DNA from: an uncultured cyanobacterium
GTDB taxonomy: Bacteria; Cyanobacteriota; Cyanobacteriia; Cyanobacteriales; Nostocaceae
DNA: 64,000 bases
Assembly: GCA_963740315.1 (NCBI GenBank)
Contig: CAVUDP010000001.1
Coordinates: forward strand, 928,001 to 992,000
Direction of reading: 5' to 3'
The notes under the pieces were generated by a model that was not told the DNA's origin, searched no databases, and saw only the letters and a program-made list of their open reading frames with translations. The translations under genes were made by a program, and so were the position numbers. Numbering within the stretch: position 1 is the stretch's first letter; every line of letters begins with the position of its first letter. Positions 11,512-21,982 of the stretch are shown here, piece after piece.

Positions 11512-11770
11512 TTAAAGATGTTCTCCCTTTTTAGATTTTTGATTTTAGATTGAGAATAAATAATTAAAGCTCTTGAGGGGCATCTTTCCCCGTTAAATTA
11601 GAAACAGCGAAATTCCAAATTTACTCTGCTTCCCGCGCGGGTTAATGTGACAAATGAATCAAAACCTTTACTTAAGTAAATTATATTTTGATACCAAATT
11701 CAATGAGTTTAAACTATAATCCAATATTGATAATATTTTTTATTACTAGTTGATAATTGTTTATATTTAT

Positions 11771-11980
11771 AGGACTTACGCAACCGCAACGAGTTATTAA
11801 GAGAAGTCGGGTTTTTTATCTAAGAGTATCTGTAACAACCTGAAATTTTTATAAAAACCCGACTTCTGACCATTGCCATTCGTATCACATTAAAATCGCA
11901 TTCAAATCATATTGACAATTTACCTTCTTTATCGAATGAATCAGCCCTGCCGTATTATTGGGGGGCTTTGCGTAAATCCT
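11771..11980. mobile_element. MITE-like element with 12-bp TIRs and an internal 15-bp hairpin
   Basis: AGGACTTACGCA (11771) / TGCGTAAATCCT (11969-11980); internal AGAAGTCGGGTTTTT...AAAAACCCGACTTCT. Confidence 0.7.
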
Positions 11981-12081
11981 GTTTATTATTTAAAATTAGA
12001 TTTCCTTGAATAATAAAAACGGGCAAGATGCCCGTACCACAAGAACTTAAGAAGTAATCCAAAATCTAAAATCTAAAATCT

Positions 12082-12816
12082 CTATATTATTCCCCCAAAC
12101 ACCGCCGATCCATAATACTTCCAAGGTACGGCTACGGTATTAAACCCAGCTTTCACCAGCATCTGCAACTGTGTATCTAAAGTTGCTAATTGATCCTGAC
12201 TCGAATAACCGTAACTAGCAGCATAATCTACAGAATCGCTATTACTTGCCAAGCGAGAACGAACGGATTGCATAGACGTTCCTTTTTTTTCTGCCCATTC
12301 TTCTCCCACAGCTTTGTAAATTTCTGCTAATAAGGGTGATTCTGATAAAACGGGATCTGCATTCCAGAAACAACCACCGCTCTTAAGACTTTTACCGATG
12401 CGTTGAAATAACTTTGCTTTCATCTCGTTACTCAGATGATGAATTGCTAATGATGAGACACAAGCATCAAACTCGGTACCAATCTCTAACTTTTCAGGGT
12501 TATTCGCCCATTCGCCAAAATCTGCTTCTATACCACTCCATTGCTGATATCCAGCTTCAGCCATCTTTTTTCGAGCAAATTCAATCATTCTCGGTGAATA
12601 ATCCAGAGCGATAATTTGAGCATTCGGACAACGCTTGAGTATTTTCTTGCTCAGTTCACCCGTACCGCAACCTAATTCTAAAATACGACGAGATGTAGAA
12701 GGAACGCAGCGAGCAACAGCTTCGAGCATTTCATCATAACTGGGGAACAGTTGCCGCATTCCAGTATCAAAATCGGTAGTTTGAGCGAAAACTTCACCCG
12801 GAAACACTTGTTGCAT
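12082..12816 (-). CDS. Class I SAM-dependent methyltransferase
   Basis: ILELGCGTG, LDYSPRM and SSLAIHHL motifs. Confidence 0.9.
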   Translation of the reverse strand: MQQVFPGEVFAQTTDFDTGMRQLFPSYDEMLEAVARCVPSTSRRILELGCGTGELSKKILKRCPNAQIIALDYSPRMIEFARKKMAEAGYQQWSGIEADFGEWANNPEKLEIGTEFDACVSSLAIHHLSNEMKAKLFQRIGKSLKSGGCFWNADPVLSESPLLAEIYKAVGEEWAEKKGTSMQSVRSRLASNSDSVDYAASYGYSSQDQLATLDTQLQMLVKAGFNTVAVPWKYYGSAVFGGII

Positions 12817-13060
12817 GAAAATTTTTCCCCTCAGAAAGCAGCATCAATACAATCATGCATCAATTTTTGTCTTCTAATTAATATTTTTTTGTCGCAATAT
12901 TAATTATAGATAATTCTGCACAACTCAATCATAGCAAAGATTTTAGCCGATAACTATTGCTGAAATTACTTTTAAATAAGCAGGAGTTGAAACAAAGATT
13001 CACCGATCGAAAGCACCAAATAATACACCAAAACTGTGGAATTTCTTTAACATAGTTATA

Positions 13061-13143
13061 GACCTCACTAGTTTTGTGTGGTTGTGTGTTGTAAAACTTA
13101 GTTGTAATTTTGTCGGGGGGTTACACCCTTGGCATTTTTTTTT
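13061..13143 (+). ncRNA. Candidate small RNA ending in an intrinsic terminator
   Basis: Hairpin 13068-13102, then GC stem 13111-13134 and T9; no + strand gene upstream to terminate. Confidence 0.35.
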
Positions 13144-13461
13144 GCTAAACTGCGCCGCGCGGGTTTCTCGGTTCTTACAAATAAATTATGAGTGCTATAA
13201 TCAAACGCTATATCAATTTTATTATGGTGAAAACAAGAATGTATAAAAAGAATAAATCATTCCTTAGTTATACTTAAAATTAATCCTTTAGGTAGATACC
13301 ATATTTGTCATTTGATAGATTGCCAAATAATAAGAAGTTAAATTAGAATCTTGATATATTTTTTTGTTGAAATTTGTTAAGTTATATTTCCGCAATCCAA
13401 ATTACGGTCTGAGTAATAAATTGAAATAAATTCTTTTGTGTAAATTGTAACTGGATTATTT

Positions 13462-14388
13462 ATGCCTTCAATAGTAGAGACAATCAAAGACAGCATCAAA
13501 GATTTAGTTGGTAGTGCAGTTAAAATTTTTCCTGCATTATTAACGGCACTAATTATTATATTTTTAACTAGATTTGCCGCTCAATTTGCTCAGAAAATAA
13601 CTCAAAAAATTGCTCATAAAACAGTTAGCAGCAAATCGCTACAGTTTTTGATGGCGAAAAGCGCGTCTACAGGCACTTGGGTTCTAGGAATTCTTCTTGC
13701 TTGTGTAATTGCTTTTCCCGGTTTAAGTTTGGGAGATATTATTGCTACTTTGGGACTTAGTTCTGTAGCGATCGGTTTTGCCTTTCAAGATATTTTCAAA
13801 AACTTTCTTGCCGGTATCTTAATACTATTACAGCAACCATTCCGTATCGGCGATCAAATAGTTGTTAACGATAACGAAGGCACTGTTGAACAAATTGATA
13901 TTCGTACAACGGAAATTATTACTTATACTGGGGAACGAGTTGTAATTCCTAATTCAACAGTATTTACAAGTATAGTTCGGGTAAGAACAGCATTCGATCG
14001 CAGACGCACGGATTTAGCTGTTGGTGTCGATTATAATACTTCTTTAACCCAAGCTTCTGACATTTTGGAGCGAACAATTTCACAAGTCGAAGGCGTTTTG
14101 GATAGCCCATCAGCAGAAATAGATTTAGTTTCTTTCGGTGATAGTTCTATCGATTTTATTATTCGCTACTGGACTTTATCTCAACAAAAACAAGTCCGTC
14201 ACGTTCAAACCAGAGCAATTATAAGTATCAAGCAAGCTTTCGATAGAGCCGGGATTAGTATTCCTTATCCAATTCGTACTCTGTACTACTACAATCAGGA
14301 CAAGTACAACGATTATATGCCCGATTCAAACGGTGAAAAATCTTCACAAGTTGACTTTAGGGACGATTACCAGCGATCGGGAAGCTGA
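13462..14388 (+). CDS. MscS-family small mechanosensitive channel
   Basis: AIGFAFQDIFKNFLAGI, PFRIGD and GISIPYP motifs. Confidence 0.93.
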   Translation: MPSIVETIKDSIKDLVGSAVKIFPALLTALIIIFLTRFAAQFAQKITQKIAHKTVSSKSLQFLMAKSASTGTWVLGILLACVIAFPGLSLGDIIATLGLSSVAIGFAFQDIFKNFLAGILILLQQPFRIGDQIVVNDNEGTVEQIDIRTTEIITYTGERVVIPNSTVFTSIVRVRTAFDRRRTDLAVGVDYNTSLTQASDILERTISQVEGVLDSPSAEIDLVSFGDSSIDFIIRYWTLSQQKQVRHVQTRAIISIKQAFDRAGISIPYPIRTLYYYNQDKYNDYMPDSNGEKSSQVDFRDDYQRSGS

Positions 14389-14402
14389 TTATTAATAATA
14401 CT

Positions 14403-14431
14403 AAAGCCTGGTAAAAGGTTTACCAGGCTTT
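14403..14431. terminator. Inverted-repeat terminator downstream of the MscS gene
   Basis: AAAGCCTGGTAAA-AGG-TTTACCAGGCTTT. Confidence 0.75.
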
Positions 14432-14819
14432 ATCATTAAGATTTATTAAGGTCAAATCTTTACTTTTGGTCAATGATTTAGAGAATTGAATTCAACAACT
14501 AAAGTTTACTTAACTCATAGCAAACAACGCATTTACATATCCTATCTAGGAGTTTGGCTTACCAAATTGGTAAATGCCACATTTTTAATGCTGAAATTAA
14601 CCTGGGCTTTGACCGAAGACACATTGTCATTACCCAACTGAGTTCGTGATGCCTTGCTCGTGTCTTACTTATTAAGTTATCACCTATCCAAAAAAATAAA
14701 ACCCCTTATTCACTCAAGTTTACGAGTCTTCAAATTTCGCAATATTATTGATTGGGAATTGGGAATTAGGAAAAATCAACTTATTAACTGTTCACTGTTC
14801 ACTGTTAACTGTTCACTGT

Positions 14820-15779
14820 TTACCAATTCCACATTACAGGGCTATCATCATGATGGCTGGTAACGATATTTCCGATCGCGTCAATTTCTTGTAGTTCATC
14901 TTGAGAAAGTTTCACGGAAGCGGCTTTGGCGTTATCAATAACGTGTTTGGCAGTTCTAGCACCCGCGATCGCATTAGTTTGAGGTTGAGCAATTAACCAT
15001 GCTAATGATAACTGTGCGAGGCTGCATTGATGACGCTCGGCGATAGGGCGCAGTTTATCTAATGCAAGTTGGGCGCGTTTCATGTTTTCTCCTTGAAATA
15101 ATTGGTTATCTACACGATGATCGTCGGGATCGAATTTATGGGAAGCATCAAATTTTCCAGTTAGTAATCCCTGAGCTAGAGGCGAATAAGCAAGAATGGA
15201 AATATTATTTTCAATGCAGTAAGGCATTGCATCATTTTCAACCTTTCGCCAAAATAAAGAATAGGGTGGTTGCAAACTATCAATTCTGCCGTACTTTGCA
15301 GCTGATTCTAACTGAATGCCAGAAAAATTTGATACGCCGATCGCTCGGATTTTACCTTGTTCTTGCAAGTGATTCAGAGCGTTCATCGTCTCTTCTATAG
15401 GAACAGTTTCGGTATTAAACGAACCACTAGCCCAATGAATTTGGTATAAATCAATATAGTCAGTTTGGAGATTTTTTAAAGAGCGATCGCAAGCTTCTAT
15501 TACTTGTTGATATTTAAGATGATTGGCAAAAACCTTTGTGGCATATTCAACTTTATCTCGGATATCCGACAAAGCTTGGGCAACAATTTTTTCTGAATGT
15601 CCGTCACCATAAACCTCAGCAGTATCAATAGTTGTAATCCCATTTTCAAAAGCTGCTCGTATCGCTTTAATAGAATCATCATCCTCAATTCCTACCCATT
15701 TTGCTTTACCAGCTTGCCAAGTTCCCATCAAAATAGGGGTAATTTTTACATCTGATTTTCCCAACTTGCGTTTTTCCAT
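14820..15779 (-). CDS. Aldo/keto reductase
   Basis: IDTAEVYGDG, IDLYQIHW, IGVSNF and AYSPLAQGLLTGK motifs. Confidence 0.95.
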   Translation of the reverse strand: MEKRKLGKSDVKITPILMGTWQAGKAKWVGIEDDDSIKAIRAAFENGITTIDTAEVYGDGHSEKIVAQALSDIRDKVEYATKVFANHLKYQQVIEACDRSLKNLQTDYIDLYQIHWASGSFNTETVPIEETMNALNHLQEQGKIRAIGVSNFSGIQLESAAKYGRIDSLQPPYSLFWRKVENDAMPYCIENNISILAYSPLAQGLLTGKFDASHKFDPDDHRVDNQLFQGENMKRAQLALDKLRPIAERHQCSLAQLSLAWLIAQPQTNAIAGARTAKHVIDNAKAASVKLSQDELQEIDAIGNIVTSHHDDSPVMWNW

Positions 15780-15970
15780 GATTTATTTCATCCCGATCTA
15801 AAAGTCTTAGTTAAATAGTGTCACAGTCTACGAGTTGTTGAGTCAAATTAAATTAATGAATTAGGGATAATAGGGAATTGGGAATTGGTAAGGAACATAA
15901 AAACTTATAATTTTTGCAGCTACTGTTATATAACAATCTAAAATCTAAAATCTAAAATCTAAAATCATAA

Positions 15971-16555
15971 ATGGAACTAACTACTTTTCACGCACTCAAA
16001 GAATGGGCGATCGCCATCAACGCTTTAGAATCTGGAGAAACGATAATGTTGTTGCGGAAAGGGGGTATTCACGAAAAAGGAGGAAGTTTTCGGGTTGCTC
16101 ACGATCGGGTTTTGCTTTATCCAACCTACGAGCATCAACAAACTTTCATGCTCAAAGCCGATTATTCAAATCTTGTGATTCCAGTAACACCCGGTTGGCG
16201 ACCTGAAAGCGTTAACATTACTAGTTACGCTCAAATTACCCATATCTTACCCGTTACCGACAACTCAATCGTTAATGCTTTACTTCCATTCCACATTTGG
16301 AACCAAGAATTCGTGCGCGATCGCCAACAGTGGAAACCCGAAGAACCCTTGTTTATACTGTTGTTGCGGACATACAAACTATCAACGCCCCAACTTGTTA
16401 CCTACGATCGGCGATATGGTGGATGTAAATCTTGGATCGATCTAAATGAATCTATTTCCCTTGAAACAGCACAACCAGCAATATCCGAGAATGTTTATTC
16501 TGAATTAGTAGCCCAAATCTGCGGAATTATTGGCGATTCTTCTTATGCTTCATAA
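15971..16555 (+). CDS. DUF1802 family protein
   Basis: ALKEW, LLRKGGIHE, LYPTYEHQ and YGGCKSWI motifs. Confidence 0.88.
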   Translation: MELTTFHALKEWAIAINALESGETIMLLRKGGIHEKGGSFRVAHDRVLLYPTYEHQQTFMLKADYSNLVIPVTPGWRPESVNITSYAQITHILPVTDNSIVNALLPFHIWNQEFVRDRQQWKPEEPLFILLLRTYKLSTPQLVTYDRRYGGCKSWIDLNESISLETAQPAISENVYSELVAQICGIIGDSSYAS

Positions 16556-16932
16556 ATAAATTAAATTGTGAAAGCTTTTACTGGTAAGGCTTTTATAAAC
16601 ACCCCTACAATATACTGATTTCTTCATGTAAATTTATACAACTTAATCGTAACTAAAGATACACACACTTAGTACAAATACAGATAAAATTAGACAAACA
16701 CAGATGTTTGCGATCGCTAGTTGATTTTCGATTCCACGGACGATTTTGTCTGTGGTTAGTTTTTATTTAGACAAGAAGCAGTGAATGTTATTTCTAAATA
16801 AAGCGATCGACAAACGCGGTTAACTATTGCCTGAAAAATATAACTCATTTTTCAAGAGTACCCAAAAGGGTGAGGTAATACTTGACAAATATCTGTATTA
16901 ATGTAGTAAATGCGAGATCAAAAGGAGCTTGT

Positions 16933-17181
16933 ATGAGAAGAATGTGCTGGTTATCCAAGTCTGGGGAAAGCGGAGAGAAAATTTTACACTTGCAGACAGC
17001 ACCGAACGAACCTTGGCGACCATACACCGCTTTTCGACAATTTGCAGTACCAGATTATAAGATACCGGGCGGTTCCAAAGGATGGGCAACCTATCAAAAG
17101 TTATTAAAAGCAGGTTGGACAATAGTACCCAGCGCCCGTGCCAACGAATTTTCCACATCAAACGCTTCAGTTGAATTATAA
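16933..17181 (+). CDS. Conserved cyanobacterial hypothetical protein (82 aa)
   Basis: AAGGAG upstream of ATG 16933; MCWLS...EPWRPYT...SKGWATYQKLLKAGW. Confidence 0.7.
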   Translation: MRRMCWLSKSGESGEKILHLQTAPNEPWRPYTAFRQFAVPDYKIPGGSKGWATYQKLLKAGWTIVPSARANEFSTSNASVEL

Positions 17182-17186
17182 AAAAT

Positions 17187-17380
17187 AGGGAGTAGGGAGT
17201 AGGGAGTAGGGAGTTAGGAGTACTTCGACAAGTCTTACAGTGAGCTACGTCGAACTGCTCAGTAACCTTTAGGAGTTAGGAGTTATCTCCCCCTCTCCCC
17301 CTCTCCCCATCTCCCACGCTCCCCATCTCCCCCGAACCCCATCTCCCCATCTCCCCATCCCCCCATCCCCCATCCCATCC
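17187..17380. repeat. STRR mosaic: (TAGGGAG)n, a CTTCGACAAG-type dispersed repeat and (CCCCATCT)n
   Basis: Direct reading; TACTTCGACAAG...CTCAGTAACC recurs at about 56237. Confidence 0.85.
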
Positions 17381-17385
17381 TCTTC

Positions 17386-19098
17386 CTAAATCCCCCTAGC
17401 TTCACCTTCACCTCTGGGATCGGCTGCACCTTCGAGGGTGCCATCTGGCTTGACGACGATCAGGTTGGAGTTTCCCCAAGGGTTGGTTTGCTTAATTTTG
17501 TGTCCCCGACGCTTTAATTCTTGCAAAGTCAATGTATCTAACCCCCAAGGCTCGACGCGCAATATATCGGGAAACCATTGATGGTGGATGCGGGGTGCGG
17601 AAACTGCTGCGCCTGCATCCATGTCGTATTCCAAGACATTAAGAATTATTTGCAATACTTGAGTAATAATGGTGCTACCTCCGGGGGTACCCACAGCCAT
17701 CCGTAAACGTCCGTTTTCGGTGACAATTGTGGGAGTCATGCTTGATAGCGGGGTTTTGCGGGGTGCGATGGAATTTGCTTCGTTGCCCAGCAAACCAAAA
17801 GCATTGGGAACTCCGGGGGCTGCTGAGAAATCATCCATTTCATTATTAAGAACTATTCCCGTTTGTGGCGTGACTATACCAGCACCAAAACCCAAGTTAA
17901 TGGTAAACGTTAAACTTACGGCGTTGCGTTGTGCATCGATAACTGTTAGATGACTGGTTTCTGTGGATTCTTTGAATTTTTGTAATGTATTGCGAACGAC
18001 TGGCTTGACTTGAGTAGAAGGTTTTGCACGCTGCATATCAATTTGCTGGCGGCGAAACTTTGCATATTCGGGGTTTATCAGCTGTTGTTGGGGAACTTTG
18101 ACAAAATCGGGATCGCCTAAATATTCCGAGCGATCGGCGTAAGCAATTCGCATCGCTTCTACCATTAAGTGGATTGTATCGGGGTGGTGCCATCCTAAAG
18201 ATTTTAGATCGGTATCGCCGATAGTATTTAAAATATTTAACATCTGCAATAAATGAATGCCTCCTGATGACGGTGGTGGCATCGAACAAATTCTGGCTTT
18301 GTTAAAATTACCGCATACCGGGGTACGCCAAATCGGTTTGTAGGATTTCAAATCTTGTAGAGTAATTAAACCGCCATTTTTCGCCATATCATTGGCAATT
18401 GTACGGGCGATTCTTCCCGTATAGAAACTGCGAGGATTTGCAGCGATATCTTGCAAAGTTCTGCCTAAATCCCGCTGTACCAGCTTTTCTCCCGGTTGAT
18501 AAAAATTACCGTTGCGAGTAAAAATAGCTCTTGCAGCTTGGTTGCTAGCGATCGCCTTTTCGCGTCTTTTGACAGCTTGCACAAATTTATCTTTGACAAC
18601 AAAACCATCTTTCGCCAACCGAATCGAAGGCTCAACAACCGTATTCCAAGGTAATTTGCCATAACGACGGTGAACTTCATACATCCCCGCTACAGTTCCC
18701 GGCGTACCCACAGCCAGATAACCATTGATACTTGCATTGGGACGCACCTTACCGCTACTATCCAAATACATATTTTTTGTAGCTTTTAACGGAGCCCGCT
18801 CGCGAAAATCCAAAGCCTGAATTGTGCGCTTTTTCGAGTCGTGCATTAACAAAAAGCCGCCACCACCAATTCCTGCCGAAAAAGGTTCTACTACAGAAAT
18901 TGCAAAAGTCGTGGCTACCGCAGCATCGATCGCATTACCGCCTTTTTGTAACATTTTTAACCCGGCATCGCTAGCTAAAGGATGGGCTGAAACTACCATT
19001 GCTTTTTTACTGCGTAGCGGTTGGATAAAAGCGGCAGTGGCTATTTGTGTGTAAAAAGTGATGCTAAATAAAATAATTGAGCGGTAGAAAACACGCAT
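17386..19098 (-). CDS. ggt: Gamma-glutamyltransferase
   Basis: GGNAIDAA, GIGGGGF, catalytic T in ETSHLTV, LNNEMDDF, SSMTPT and GTPGGS motifs; signal peptide. Confidence 0.96.
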   Translation of the reverse strand: MRVFYRSIILFSITFYTQIATAAFIQPLRSKKAMVVSAHPLASDAGLKMLQKGGNAIDAAVATTFAISVVEPFSAGIGGGGFLLMHDSKKRTIQALDFRERAPLKATKNMYLDSSGKVRPNASINGYLAVGTPGTVAGMYEVHRRYGKLPWNTVVEPSIRLAKDGFVVKDKFVQAVKRREKAIASNQAARAIFTRNGNFYQPGEKLVQRDLGRTLQDIAANPRSFYTGRIARTIANDMAKNGGLITLQDLKSYKPIWRTPVCGNFNKARICSMPPPSSGGIHLLQMLNILNTIGDTDLKSLGWHHPDTIHLMVEAMRIAYADRSEYLGDPDFVKVPQQQLINPEYAKFRRQQIDMQRAKPSTQVKPVVRNTLQKFKESTETSHLTVIDAQRNAVSLTFTINLGFGAGIVTPQTGIVLNNEMDDFSAAPGVPNAFGLLGNEANSIAPRKTPLSSMTPTIVTENGRLRMAVGTPGGSTIITQVLQIILNVLEYDMDAGAAVSAPRIHHQWFPDILRVEPWGLDTLTLQELKRRGHKIKQTNPWGNSNLIVVKPDGTLEGAADPRGEGEARGI

Positions 19099-19369
19099 AT
19101 ATTTTGGTTCTAAATAGAATTAATATTAATTAAGAAAATTTATACCATGAAGTAAGCGCGTTTGTATTTTATGGTTCTTCCGCACAAGGGGGTGCTATTT
19201 AAATAGTCGTAAAAAGGCAGAAGGCAGTAGGCAGTAGGCAGAAGGCAGAAGGGGAAGAAGAAAGGCATTAATAAATAATACTAAGGGAATTGTTTGAAAT
19301 CTTAATACAGCAAAGGTTTGAGTGAATTATTCCTGAAATTTAGCATCCCTTTGTACTGAAAAGCCTATT

Positions 19370-20047
19370 TTATTGAGTCTCAATTTTTCTAATCGCTGGT
19401 TGTTTTCTTTCAGGGGAGGGAACATTAGCAGGAACAATAAACCCGACAGCGAAATATGTAATGCCAATTAAAGCAGCGATGGCTAAACTAAACTTTGCAA
19501 TATTCGCTAACTGGATTGGTTTCGGCTCAAAACTTGATTTAACTGATGGTGGGATTTCAAGAGCTTCAGAAGTGGTGGGGGAAGCCTGAGTTACTTCTAA
19601 TTTTTCGACTTGCTGACTATTTTTTTCCTCAGTAAGCTCATCGCAATCCTCAACAAGCAATGATTCTAAAGCTTTAAAAGATTCTTCTCGATCGGCTTCG
19701 TCTTTTCTTCGTATTTCTAATTGCTCGATCGCAACATTTTCTTGAGCATAAAACAATCTGTCAAGCTTATGAAATAATTCTTTTTCGATGTAGAATCCAG
19801 CCAGTTGTTTAGCGTGTGCGATCGCATTCTTCATCGACTGAAGTTTCACTTTATTCCAAGTAACTATGACTCCTTGCTCATGATTCTCCAACAATAAACA
19901 ATATTCATTTTGACTTGATTCGTCTATTTGTACAAACAAAGTGTAGTGTCTATTTAGTGCTATTTTCGGAGAACCAAAATCAGATTTTTTAAAGCAAACC
20001 TCTTCACTTTTAAGAATAGGCTCCAAAAGCTTAAATGGCTGTCGCAA
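19370..20047 (-). CDS. Hypothetical protein with acidic linker and a single C-terminal TM helix
   Basis: 225-aa ORF; hydrophobic FSLAIAALIGITYFAVGFIV; overlaps the upstream ORF by 17 nt. Confidence 0.7.
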   Translation of the reverse strand: MRQPFKLLEPILKSEEVCFKKSDFGSPKIALNRHYTLFVQIDESSQNEYCLLLENHEQGVIVTWNKVKLQSMKNAIAHAKQLAGFYIEKELFHKLDRLFYAQENVAIEQLEIRRKDEADREESFKALESLLVEDCDELTEEKNSQQVEKLEVTQASPTTSEALEIPPSVKSSFEPKPIQLANIAKFSLAIAALIGITYFAVGFIVPANVPSPERKQPAIRKIETQ

Positions 20048-20975
20048 GGTTGTATCCTCTGGTTCTAACAGCTTGCAAGAAGTAAAGTATAAATTGTTGC
20101 TGATAATTTACTGGGGCTTTACCTTTTGATTCTTCATTAATTCCCCATAAGTTGAGAGCAATTTTTTCGTCGGAAAATCCTTGCTGACTCAAAATTTTGG
20201 CTTGTTCTAAATCTTTTTCAATTTCTGACTTAATATATGGTTTTTCACTTAAAGAGAAGCAGAATTCGTCACGTTCTCGACCAATTAAAATGTTATCAAT
20301 ATCTTTGATGATAAGAGCATATTCGTTGATGTTGTAACTCTTAGAACCGTCTTCCTTACCGGCTTTTTCTCTTGTTGCGATCTGATGAGCAAAAGACATT
20401 TTATGTCTGTGCTTGCGAACCATCGCACTCAGCAACCAATTAATGGAAATACCTATATACGATCGCAGCCACTGTCTTAGGGTTGACTCAATTGTGGTGT
20501 CTATCCCTGATACTCTTACTTCTTGCTGATATTTTGCCCAAGTGGGTAACTGACTCGCCAGGTTGCCAAGATGCAAAAGATTTTTGAGCATTACATACTC
20601 TGCAATTCCTTCGAGCCATTCGCTTAAAGTGTCGTAAACTTCCTCTATAGCAAGATCGTCGCAATAATAATAGAAGTCCTCCATCTTGTCTACGCCAACG
20701 AAATGGAGGTCATTAATTACTAAAGGGGATATTTCGGCGAGTTCCATCTTTTCTTCTGTTTTCGTCAGAATTTCGCGATCGCCTACCAAAGGAAGTTCAA
20801 CACCCGATTCAGTAAAGCTTTTAAGTCTGTCCGGTTGACTGTAAAGCAAAATACTAACGATGTCATCTAAAGCGATCTTGCTATTCTTTCCTCCATCTTC
20901 ATAGTAAAAACGAACCCGATGAACAAAATTATTCACTGGATTTTCAAATTCGTATGTGCAGAAATTATATGCCAT
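20031..20975 (-). CDS. Hypothetical protein; possible degenerate Bro-N-like N-terminus and C-terminal HTH
   Basis: 314-aa ORF; VRFYYEDG...IALDDIVSILLYSQP and AKILSQQGFSDEKIALNLWG (resemblance by eye only). Confidence 0.7.
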   Translation of the reverse strand: MAYNFCTYEFENPVNNFVHRVRFYYEDGGKNSKIALDDIVSILLYSQPDRLKSFTESGVELPLVGDREILTKTEEKMELAEISPLVINDLHFVGVDKMEDFYYYCDDLAIEEVYDTLSEWLEGIAEYVMLKNLLHLGNLASQLPTWAKYQQEVRVSGIDTTIESTLRQWLRSYIGISINWLLSAMVRKHRHKMSFAHQIATREKAGKEDGSKSYNINEYALIIKDIDNILIGRERDEFCFSLSEKPYIKSEIEKDLEQAKILSQQGFSDEKIALNLWGINEESKGKAPVNYQQQFILYFLQAVRTRGYNLATAI

Positions 20976-21076
20976 TGTTTTTTATAGATGCATCTCTCTG
21001 ACTGTATTAGATAGAGTATTGCGTTCAAATACCATCTAGTGGTAATTACCTAATTATTATAACGTCTAATAGATAA

Positions 21077-21268
21077 CTAAGAATTATCAATGAAACTATT
21101 ATGCCGTCTTCCGCTACCGCGATGATCTTTGCCTCGTTTTGGAGACTTATGCTGCTGTAACTGTTGGCGAAGATCAAATTGATTGCTTGCTATCTGTTGA
21201 GAATTTTGGACAAACGAAGGTGACGCTACTAAAATCCATAGCGGTAAAACAAAGTATAAAATTTTCAT
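21077..21268 (-). CDS. patX: PatX-like secreted RGSGR peptide
   Basis: 63 aa; N-terminal hydrophobic signal; HRGSGRR near the C-terminus. Orthology to the canonical patX is not established. Confidence 0.6.
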   Translation of the reverse strand: MKILYFVLPLWILVASPSFVQNSQQIASNQFDLRQQLQQHKSPKRGKDHRGSGRRHNSFIDNS

Positions 21269-21982
21269 ATAACCTGAGTTTAGTTAAGGAAATTTGCTGT
21301 TAATACAACAAACTACATCCCTTACTATCTCGATTGCAAGTAAAATAGGATACATAGTCTTTTTTATTACCGAGAATAAATTACTTTTTGATAGATTTTT
21401 GGGTTTTGATAAGAGTTAATGATGCTGTTATGGCGATAGAGGCGAATAAATAAAAATAGTTAATTTTATGCACCACTATCCCTATTCTTGGAATATCTTC
21501 GTGAGAACATGATTTTTTGTGCGATCGCATATTCCGGGTATCAGCAGGCAAGTGCAAATCGGATATGAAATTTAATTTATTCGTTTGTACGCCAATTTTT
21601 GGAGACTTTGCAATGCAACGTCTCTACATTGTTATTTCAGAAAACCTTAACAAGTCTTTCGCTGTAGAGGAATTTTTTTGATTACTGGTTTCAACCGAAG
21701 AGCTTTCTGTTGCAGAATTTTTTGGACTACGGCAACTAATTGTAGAAAAAGATTTTTAAGGTTTCATTTGATATTAGGTGGATGTGAGTATTAAGACAGA
21801 TAAATTGATACCAAGACACACCTTTTACTTATGCTTTGTAGTTTTAATTATAAAAATCAAAAAAGTAATGATATCGGTTGCTAAAAGTACATAGTGAAAA
21901 ATTTTATAGGGTTAAAATCAAATAACTTTTAATTCCTAACTATTCATTTTTAACTTTGAAATTTAATTCTGGAGAAAAGAAT

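Noticed and set aside
21533..21538. DIF1 (TCCGGA) promoter motif for the RGSGR gene
   Set aside because: Only a 5/6 match, 265 bp upstream, with no convincing downstream box; expected by chance.
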